Source of the DNA: Sarea resinae
Lineage: Eukaryota
NCBI GenBank assembly: GCA_026026165.1
Contig: JAPEUD010000056.1
Span: forward strand, 62,001-126,000
DNA: 64,000 nt
Direction of reading: 5' to 3'
Both the position numbers and the translations under genes were made by a program. Below, piece by piece: positions 55,203 to 64,000 of this stretch. Under the pieces are notes generated by a model, which saw nothing but the letters and a program-made list of their open reading frames with translations, did not search any database and was not told where the DNA came from. Every line of letters starts with the position of its first letter. Position 1 is the first letter of the stretch.

Positions 55203-57605
55203 TCACGGAGAAATAGATCCACGGCTAAGGCCCTTTAGAATGTCCAACTTCTCTTGTGCCGCTCGAAAGGCAGCTTCTGACTGAGGAGACATACTGCCCC
55301 GTGGGCTCCCGTATCCGCTCTGCCATGGGCCTGTTGCTGACGGTTGTTGTGAGTTCGTCTGTGCCGGTGGTGAGAACTGCTGTGAGGTAGGACTCCATTG
55401 CGACTGCGTGTGCATTTGCTGCTGCTGCTGTTGCTGCTGTTGCTGTTGCTGGCTGCCGAAGAAGGCTGGATTGATGAAAGCTCCTGGAGGAAACCCTGGA
55501 ACATGATTGGCAGGAAGCTGTTGGCCGGGAAATTGCTGGGCTGTCTGGGCTGCCATTCCCGGATATGCTGGTTGGCTATAAGATTGAGGCCATTGATACT
55601 GATTCTGCATTTGCGCTTGGGGGTAGGGCATTTGAGGCGTTACACCTTGGTTGGGTATTTGCATCATCTGTGACATGTAGTTGTAGCCGTTGCCAGGATT
55701 ATAGCCTGGTTGCTGTGGTTGACTGGGCATATTCCGTCCTTCATTGGCCTGGGAGGAGTGAGAAGGGTTACTGGCAACCCGATCGCGGTCCCTCCTTCCC
55801 GTCCAACGATCGCCTCCGCCTCGATCTCCCCGTCCGCCGCGACCTCCTCGTCCGCGATCCCCTCTTCCCCTGCCAGTCCTTCCTCTTTCGGCCCCTCCGT
55901 GGAAGCTCCGGCCTTCTGATGGCGCTTCTCCATGGGGCATCATTTCGTGGAGGTTGGAAGGACGCGAAAGAGGGGTGTATAGCTCGTCTTCACCATCATC
56001 ATAACTGATGGCGCGGCGCTCGATGTGGCCGAAGTTTGCTGGAACAGGATTACCCGAACGACCACCTCGAGCACCTAGTCCACTGGCACCATGCTTAGCC
56101 CCTCGCCTTGCTTGACGCTCTTGCTTCATTCTTCTTTTATAGTCAGCCTCAACTTCGTCATCCGAGAATTCTATCTCATCTGCTCCGACCTCTTCATCAT
56201 GTAGGTTAGACGCATCGGAGCCTTTGAAGGCTTTGAGTGCTTGTGTAAAGACATAAGTGGAGTAGTTTTCAACGTAGAAAATAGCTGTGCCCCTTTGAAT
56301 TCCCGTTTCAGCAATTTCACTGGCGCTAGAAAATCGAACGCAGTATAGAGGCTGCTGTACTCTACCAAGGGTCTCCGCGACGGCTCCAATAACACTTCTG
56401 TCTTCGAGACAAAGCACAGACCCTGTCTCTAAAACTTGGTAATCGCCTGAGACCTTGGCCTGGATAAGGATGAGGCTATCAACGATGTTTTGGACGGCTC
56501 CTAATTCTTCGATTTTCATTTCCGTAGTAACAACCACGTCAGGTTTCGCAACCTGGTCGTCAACCTTCTCATTCTTAGTGCAAAGTTGGACCGTAGCCCC
56601 CGACTTCGTCCCTTTTGCAGACTCTTCATCATCGGAACCACCGTCGCCCTGCATTAGAATCCTCGCTTGTTCTGCTGGATCCAGCAGCTCATAATCCTCC
56701 TCGTCACTATCATCTGATGAATCCTCCGATGTATCGGAAGAAGACGAGGACTCGGCATCGGAAGAGTCAAATTGCCACTCGGCTGACTGACTGCCCTTAT
56801 TAGCTTCCGCCGCTTTCAGGAAATCTGGATCAACACGAGCTTTTGCTGAGAAAGTCTCGGTAGAACCACCAGGAGCATTTGCGTCACCGGCAGTCTCTGT
56901 AGATGGTGGAGCCACGCCTCCTGAATCACTCTCAATCCTACTAGGCTTAGATGCGGTAGCACCAGATATTCCCGAGTTTGCGGAACCTCCACCACCAATT
57001 TTCGAAGCTGTAGAAGCGATGGTGGATGATGCCAATTGGACAGGACTAGTATCCCTCATTTCAGAGTCTTGCAATTCTGGAAGGCCAGATCCAGTAGAGT
57101 GTGATGTAATTAGTTCGTGAGGCTGCTCAACATCAAAGACGGTCTGGTCGGCTTCAATAGCTGCAGTCGAGCCAAGAGGTTCGACGACTTCAACGCGGTT
57201 GTCGGCTTTCGACGCCTGCGACACTTCATGACCGTCGACACTTTGTACGCCATCTCCTTGACCCGCATCCTCTCTCGGCACGTGAATTGGAACCGAAGGA
57301 GGGGAAGCTTGAGGTTCTCCATGAGTATAAGCTCCAATGAGTCCCAGGCCAGGTATGCCACTTGAAGAGCTCTGTTCGGCCATTGGTGGGGAACCAGAAT
57401 CTGCAGGCTTTTGATCCAGCTCTGAGACCTGCCCTGCTTGAGGTGTATTCATAGCAGATGGGGTGCCGTAGATGTCGTCCATGTCATCCATATCGTCGAA
57501 AGGTGCTTCCGGAGAGGGTTTCGAAGCGACACTGAGACCAAGGCGTGGCTTTTTGGTGGGAGGTCCTTCGGTTTGGGAATTCTGCTCGTTCTCCTCAGAC
57601 GCCAT
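55203..57605 (-). CDS. NAF1: H/ACA ribonucleoprotein assembly factor Naf1
   Basis: Gar1/Naf1 domain (GSVLCLEDRSVIGAVAETLGRVQQPLYCVRF) and KGSDASNLHDEEV..EFSDDEVE. RGG-rich region, YTPLSRP, and a poly-Q tract (CAG/CAA at about 55418-55450). Confidence 0.92.
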   Translation of the reverse strand: MASEENEQNSQTEGPPTKKPRLGLSVASKPSPEAPFDDMDDMDDIYGTPSAMNTPQAGQVSELDQKPADSGSPPMAEQSSSSGIPGLGLIGAYTHGEPQASPPSVPIHVPREDAGQGDGVQSVDGHEVSQASKADNRVEVVEPLGSTAAIEADQTVFDVEQPHELITSHSTGSGLPELQDSEMRDTSPVQLASSTIASTASKIGGGGSANSGISGATASKPSRIESDSGGVAPPSTETAGDANAPGGSTETFSAKARVDPDFLKAAEANKGSQSAEWQFDSSDAESSSSSDTSEDSSDDSDEEDYELLDPAEQARILMQGDGGSDDEESAKGTKSGATVQLCTKNEKVDDQVAKPDVVVTTEMKIEELGAVQNIVDSLILIQAKVSGDYQVLETGSVLCLEDRSVIGAVAETLGRVQQPLYCVRFSSASEIAETGIQRGTAIFYVENYSTYVFTQALKAFKGSDASNLHDEEVGADEIEFSDDEVEADYKRRMKQERQARRGAKHGASGLGARGGRSGNPVPANFGHIERRAISYDDGEDELYTPLSRPSNLHEMMPHGEAPSEGRSFHGGAERGRTGRGRGDRGRGGRGGRGDRGGGDRWTGRRDRDRVASNPSHSSQANEGRNMPSQPQQPGYNPGNGYNYMSQMMQIPNQGVTPQMPYPQAQMQNQYQWPQSYSQPAYPGMAAQTAQQFPGQQLPANHVPGFPPGAFINPAFFGSQQQQQQQQQQQQMHTQSQWSPTSQQFSPPAQTNSQQPSATGPWQSGYGSPRGSMSPQSEAAFRAAQEKLDILKGLSRGSISP

Positions 57606-58000
57606 GTATCACCGTCAAACCATGCGATGAATCGACCGGAAATATTCCAAAACCATTATTGTGGCGTAGCGTCTTCCAGAAGGATAGAAAGTCGAAGGAG
57701 GATTGATCACTTCACTTCACTTTCACTTTCAACTCAAAAGTGCTAAGGTAAGGTAAAGTTGCACCCAGTGGAAAAAGTCATTCTCGGTCCGACTGTTTTT
57801 CCATCGGGCGTCTCAGTCGAGTGATGTGGATCCCGTCCGTTGCCCTGTTTGGCTGCCGTACCTAGAGTACCTACCTACTACGCAGTAGTACCTTACGCAC
57901 CTAGTACTACCTTATGGCCTGCCAGCTTTCAGCTTGCGACTTGTAAACTTCCCATTTAGGCATTCGAAAGCAAGTCAACGCCCATTCTGAGAAGACGACG

Positions 58001-60002
58001 ATGTCTGGCCCACCAGATGCCTCGCAGATCGTGAGAAAGCCTGTGGGCTCAAAGGCTACAGGAAGCCATGGGAAAACAGCTGATGTGTACACAATCCCTC
58101 AAATGTACTCCCTTCTCCAACCCGACGAGTTACTGACGTTGCGCAGGCCTCGACGGCAGTCTCCTGGCCCACACTTTCTCATTGAGCCCATAGCTGCTTT
58201 CTATATCTTTCTACTTGCCAATGTGGTCGCAGCGGCATATGCGCCCATTCAAGATTGCGACGAGGTCTACAATTACTGGGAACCAACCCACTACCTCGCT
58301 CATGGTTATGGCCTGCAGACATGGGAGTACTCGCCACAATATGCGATTCGTAGCTGGCTGTATGTTGGAGTCCATGCCGCTATAGTCAAATTTGCCTCTC
58401 TCCTGCCTTTTGCCTCAAAAGCATTCGAGTTTTATTTCCTTCGTGCTGTGCTTGGCTTCGTCTGTGCCATCTGTGAAACACGCCTCTTCTCCGCTATCAG
58501 TCGCACCCTCAACCCAAGGATTGGTATATTGTTCATCCTCATCATGGTCACGAGCCCAGGAATCTTCCACGCGTCCGCTGCATTCTTGCCGTCGAGCTTT
58601 ACCATGTACACTACGATGCTAGGTATGACGGCCTTCATGGACTGGAGGGGTGGTCTGAAGACGAACAATGGCATATTCTGGATTGCTGCAGGTGGGGTTG
58701 TGGGTTGGCCATTTGCTACAGCTTTATTGGCTCCCTTCATTTTTGAGGAGTTGGTCTTAGCTGCTGTTAGCAGAAAAGCTTGGGACTTTCTAGAAAGAAC
58801 TTTGGATGGAACAGTAAGGGCTTTACTCGCGTTAGTAAGTTGGCTGAATAGGATTTGCTTGCTATTTTCGCGACGATCTGACATGTGATAGGCATTGGAG
58901 GTTTGCGTAGATTCGTACTTCTACCGCAAATTGGTGGCGGTTCCCTTGAATATTGTGTTGTACAATGTTTTCGGCGGATCTGGGAAAGGTCCTGGCATCT
59001 ATGGCACTGAACCATGGCATTTCTACATTCGAAATCTGCTTCTCAACTTCAACGTCTGGTTCCTCCTTGCTCTGTCCGCTTTACCGCTTACTGTTCTGCA
59101 ACACCTTCTCCGACGTGAGACTTCCTCCAGACAGGGGCTTTTTCGCAGTGTGGTCTTTCTGACTCCCTTCTACTTATGGCTGGCCATATTTACGGTTCAA
59201 CCGCACAAGGAGGAACGCTTCATGTATCCTGCTTACCCAGCGTTGGGCTTGAATGCAGCCATGGCCTTCCACATTATACTTGCCGGTTTTGGCTCCACTG
59301 ACCCCAGAACGTTCGTCAGCAAAATTCCAGCAAGGGTCAAACTTGTCGTTGTCAGTCTTTTCGTCCTCGCCGCCGTGGATGCTGGCCTTTTGAGGACAGC
59401 GGGCATGGTGACAGCATATTCGGCCCCTTTGAAAATATATGGACCCCTGAACGAACCAGGGATCGCGCATCCAGGTGACGTAGTTTGCTTTGCAAAGGAA
59501 TGGTACCGGTTTCCATCATCTTTTCACCTTCCTGACAGCATTCATGCGAAGTTCGTGAAAAGCGAATTTGCAGGACTACTGCCTGGTGAATTCAGTGAAG
59601 CGAGAGTTGGTTTTGGGTTTTTCCCGGGTACTTGGTTGACTCCGCCTGGCATGAACGATGAGAATTTAGAAGATCCGGGAAAATATGTAAGCTGATCTTA
59701 TTGCTTGCGTATACGGCACCATTTGTTGCTTTGTGCTCATGATTCTGCAGACGGAAATTGGACACTGCTCGTTCCTAGTAGACTCGAGCTTTCCCGGAGC
59801 TTCACCGTCTGAGCTGGAGCCAGACTACGCCCAGGACGACAAGAATTGGGAAGTATTAGCAAGCTACGAGTTCCTTGACGCCTCGCGGACGAGCTTGGTG
59901 GGCCGAATACTGTGGATACCCGACTGGGAGATTATTCCAGCGCGACTACGTCGCAAATGGGGTCATTATCATCTGCTCCAGCGTAAGGTGGGCCAGGTGT
60001 GA
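58001..60002 (+). CDS. ALG9: Dol-P-Man alpha-1,2-mannosyltransferase (GT22)
   Basis: PIQDCDEVYNYWEPTHY, QTWEYSPQYAIRSW, FLPSSF, GWPF, QPHKEERFMYP, KEWYRFPSSF and MNDEN. Introns at about 58087-58146, 58835-58891 and 59687-59750. Confidence 0.94.
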
Positions 60003-60680
60003 GCGGTGGCTCCTCTGAATTCCATGTACATAGGATGTCATAAGAGCCTCAGCCCAGGACTCTGACATGTCTTTCGGACTGCTTCTGTTGATCGGCGTTG
60101 TTGGTTGATAGAGCGACATTCGAGTATGGAGCATATAGGTACTCTATCAAAGATATACGGTACAGCATCCGACATGATGAGCTTGAGGGGGAGAGCTGGA
60201 GCAGGTTCACTCTTCGTTGTGCCCGCGAGGATTGACAGGCCCAATTAGGAAAAAAAGTCCCCCCGACAGCGATAACCTACTCTGTACGAGGTAGACGTGG
60301 AGTACCCACAGTCGAATCGTGTACCTTTGTCGGTACCGGCTGCAGGGACAGGCCTTGTCTTCAGGTATAGGTACTTCGGGTACCTCTTCGGCGATAGATA
60401 ACCGATAATCGATAGCGAAGGGATCTTACCTTCATACCAAGTGCCGTTGGTACAGCCAGGATGCATGGATGCGTGCGCATCAAAGAGAAAGGTGGAGGGG
60501 AGGGCTCAATTGCCCTGACTAGGCAGTATATTGGCTTTCACTGAGCTCCAGCATGCTTTATAAATAACACGCTGTCACCTCTGCCTGCCTATAACCTCTT
60601 CATTGACACTCTGATATCACTATCTTCCTCTATATCATATCCATCCCATCACACTGCAGGCTGAAAATAAGATCTCTGCA

Positions 60681-62253
60681 ATGGACCGTGCCCAGCTCTG
60701 GACAGCGAGAAGCTTCGCCATGGAGCTTGGTACGCTGAAGGAGCTCCCTCAGCACCCAAAGCAGCTGCTATATGTCGCTCTCATGGTGACGTTTATAGGC
60801 TGGCTGGGAGCCTATGCCTTTGGGAAGTGGAAAGGGCCAGTCTTCGGGCGTTCAAATAGCCCAGATCCGGAGAAGTCGGCGACGGCACAGAACAAGCCTG
60901 GAGGTACGAGACAACGTCGATAGAAATGCCAGCACTGGACGCTAATCATGTTGGTTCTCCCACAGCTTGGACGCCGGTAAACTTCAAGAGGCCTGCTGCG
61001 GCCCCGTACGCAAATTGGGACATTCGGACCACCAAGCCGACTCCATATCGGCCTTTCAGATATGGACCGTATGTGAATTAATACTTTCCACTTCGGCAGA
61101 TATGAATCTGGCATCCGAAGCTGATTGTTGATGCCACTACAGATACCATATCACCATGGGTGTGCGATCATTGAAATGGGATAAATGGATAGGTGCGAAG
61201 TCCCTTAAAATTGCTTCTGACTAAGTCGAGAACTAACTTTCGGAGTAGAACTGGACAATCATTATCCGAAGTTCCACGCAGACAAAGCAAGACGGCTGAA
61301 AGAGCGTGGAACCAAATGCTTTAGGACCACCCCGGAAGCTTTTGATGGTGCTGTTGAGCTACTCGAAGAGTTGTGCGTGCTTTCTTTCCGCGCAAGCTGT
61401 CTTCGCTTTCTAATGGTCCGAACAGCTGTGACTATCTCCCACAACGCTATCCCATTCTCTTTCGCAAGACTGCGGTTGGAATGGACAATCTCTGGTCCGG
61501 CGAGACCTTCAACATCGTGGAACGTCCTCTGGCCGAAGACCCCATGGCAATGGCTGCACGCATGGTCCAGGATGATCTGGCTATCATGTTCCCGAAAGCC
61601 GACGGTCAATACTACCTCTTAGCTGGTGCTATCGTGCTGGCGGGCTTTTGGCGCTTGGAAGACAAGTTGGGAATGTCTCTCGATGAGATCCACTATCATG
61701 GCGATGTTCCCGGGTACGAGGATAAGTTGAGGAAAGGCATGACGAATTTCTTCCGTCGAGTAAAGCCCGATGCGCCTGTCGAGAGGAACAACTATTTTAT
61801 CCAGGTAGACGACGATTTGGCGTGGAGTCATAGTATCGGTGACGAGGATTCAGAGGGCGCGGGCTGGTTCTCGGCGGAAAAGAACAAGGCCATCAAGCAT
61901 CATTACTTCAGAAGCGAGAGACAGAGTCTGAGAAGGTACGTCCGCAAACTTAGCAGCATTCCGGTTTCTTAATGCTGACCTGGTGACCTGGATCAAGGTT
62001 GCCTCGTTCCGGGGGTGTGGTCTTCACGATTCGCACTTATTTTCACCCCATCACCGAAATTTGTGAGGAGCCATATGTCCCGGGCCGTCTCGCGTCTGCA
62101 GTGCGCAGCTGGGGCGATGACGTGGCGAAATATAAGGGCCGGGAGAGATACCAAGATGTCCTGTTAGAATATCTGGACCGAAAGCATGAAGAGCAGTTGG
62201 CCAACGGCTTAGATATGGAGAAAGAGACGGAGGCGCATTCTTACCCATACTGA
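60681..62253 (+). CDS. DUF3445/HRQ-family protein (heme-dependent oxidative N-demethylase alpha-like) with N-terminal TM segment, multi-exon
   Basis: KPTPYRPFRYGP..ITMG..WIELD, ARMVQDDLAIM, LAGFWRLEDKLGMSLDEIHYHGDVP, RNNYFIQVDD, FRSERQSLRRLPRSG and FTIRTYF. Confidence 0.85.
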
Positions 62254-63067
62254 ATACCGGCACTCGAACGTGTCAGATGGATATATATAGTCAGGTAGAC
62301 GCATCAGTCGGCGAGCCTGAAATACAAGTGGTTTGAAGGTGGCACTAGGATTCAAAAGACCTAACAATCGACGAATTCATGTTTTCTTAAGGAGTGCATT
62401 TGAGTATACAGAATGGCTTCATATTCCAAAGACAAGATAGCCCTGTAAGAGGAATAGATTTAAAACAATTCTGGTTCAAACCCGATCATGTGACACATAC
62501 GCTGTCATTTTCTTTCCAACGAACCAATACGGGAAGCGATCCTCAGTGAGAACCTAAGGATGTCAACAAGATATTCTCTTGTGACGGCCAACCTGTCTGG
62601 AGTGTCGTCCGCATTATGAGGTGTGGTGGCAGACGCGGAAGAGCTAGACGTTTTAATTGGTGAAATTGCAACCCCTTTACAGGATCGCGGAATATCGGAT
62701 GCTAAATCTTGCAGGAGACGCGTATCCCCGATAGGCGAAATTGTCGCTCCATTGCAGCTGTCACCTTGGCACGTCTAGGCCTCCACGAATCCAGCAGCAA
62801 CCGCAGACAGCTCTTGTCTTGTCTTGTCTCAGTCCTTGCTTTACGGTCACAGGTCCCAAAGCGGCAGTGGATGCTTCCACCCAACTATATGATCCGGCTT
62901 TGAGCGGGTTTCCAGTTATTGAAGAGCCAAGGTGCCTTGTAAATGTCATTGGATCGTGAATGGTTGCGATTGACACACTCCACATCTCTCAAGCGTATTT
63001 CCGAAACCAGTCCGAGCGAAGTAGTCTTAGTAACACTCAGAGAGGTAGCTATGAGCATCCGGAATCG

Positions 63068-64000
63068 TCAAGTCTTCTTCCTTGAAGATCTCGCTCTGTG
63101 ATTTCGAGTAGCCTCTTCGATCTTCGCGACCCGCCAAGAGCATTCATCGGCAAATTCACAGATTCGACATTTGTAGGCCTCTTCGATCACGACGCCTCTT
63201 GCTTCCCTCTCTCCTTTCCACCATTTCATCTCATCCTCGAGGTACCTCTGCAGCAGATCATCATCGTATAGGAACGTTTTCGTGCCCAATATTGACCCAT
63301 TCGACTGATTTCTATATTCTGCTTCGAGGACCTTCCCTATGCTGTTGGTTCCTGCGGGCATAGTGTTTTGAAATTCTTTAATCATCAGATCCCACAGCTG
63401 CGCCAAAGAATTGTTGGCCAAAAGCACGTCCATTGGATCTCCACTCGGATCGTTTGTATGAGAGGCTGTTTCAATTGTTGTATCATTGCATGCTCCATTT
63501 AGACTACCTACTTGGGCAATGAAAGCATCAGAAAATTTCTCGGAAGCGTTGAGCTGATAGCGATGCCAAAGAGTGTTTGCATCGACTCTGTTTGTAGCTA
63601 GGTTCGATAGCAGTCGGTGGTAGAGCATGAGCTGCAGCATGGTTGGTCGGAAGGATGCTTTTGCAGGCAAGGTTTTTGTTCCCCGAGTTTTCACGTCTGT
63701 CAAATATATCTTAGATCTGGTTTGCGAGCGAGTCTGGGTGGTTTCTGAGGTGAGATGTTCTGCATCCATGGCTCGGTGCGAGGTTAAAAAGTTGATCATA
63801 GTGGCCTGATTCGGATCGGTAATAGGAGTATCGCAGTCATTAGGCGCACTCTTGATGTATGGCTCTACTTCCTTCTCCAATGGTTGATCTGGACACTGAT
63901 ATGACAGCTCGTCGATTATCCCATTGACCACCATTCCATCTACAGTACCCCAGATTTCCAGTTCCCTAGTCATGCCAGTTTGTCTCAAGGTCCTGAGGCC
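63068..64000 (-). CDS. EXO5: Exonuclease V (Exo5/Dem1), 5' part lies outside the window
   Basis: TRELEIWG..VNGIIDEL, YLTDVKTR, LQLMLY, and the Fe-S motif AYKCRICEFADECSWR. Confidence 0.9.
   Translation of the reverse strand, partial: GLRTLRQTGMTRELEIWGTVDGMVVNGIIDELSYQCPDQPLEKEVEPYIKSAPNDCDTPITDPNQATMINFLTSHRAMDAEHLTSETTQTRSQTRSKIYLTDVKTRGTKTLPAKASFRPTMLQLMLYHRLLSNLATNRVDANTLWHRYQLNASEKFSDAFIAQVGSLNGACNDTTIETASHTNDPSGDPMDVLLANNSLAQLWDLMIKEFQNTMPAGTNSIGKVLEAEYRNQSNGSILGTKTFLYDDDLLQRYLEDEMKWWKGEREARGVVIEEAYKCRICEFADECSWRVAKIEEATRNHRARSSRKKT

Noticed and set aside
62473..62483. Pol III B-box-like GGTTCAAACCC
   Set aside because: No convincing A-box or cloverleaf around it, so not callable as tRNA or SINE.

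Overview
Eukaryotic DNA from a filamentous ascomycete (Pezizomycotina), judged from short GT-AG introns with CTRAC/CTAAT branch points and the gene families present. Bases 1-5.5 kb are ORF-poor, decayed gene-like sequence with several repeats. Then come conserved genes: bli-3, SNU23, PPM1, a SUN-family cell-wall protein, TAM41, RKR1/LTN1, RAD3/XPD, RPA190, PRP3, MAD1, SYP1, a Csk1/CAK-like kinase, an SH3 membrane protein, NAF1, ALG9, a DUF3445 protein and a partial EXO5. The most unusual locus lies between RAD3 and RPA190 (about 29.4-33.3 kb). It is an inverted, convergent pair of unrecognised three-exon paralogues encoding small proteins with a shared 'AIDSLIADTRM' motif and basic tails. Their putative 3' UTRs carry tandem 35-nt hairpin-capable repeats that are much more conserved than the proteins. 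Family assignments are from motif recognition by eye, and exon boundaries are manual predictions. No database searches were run.
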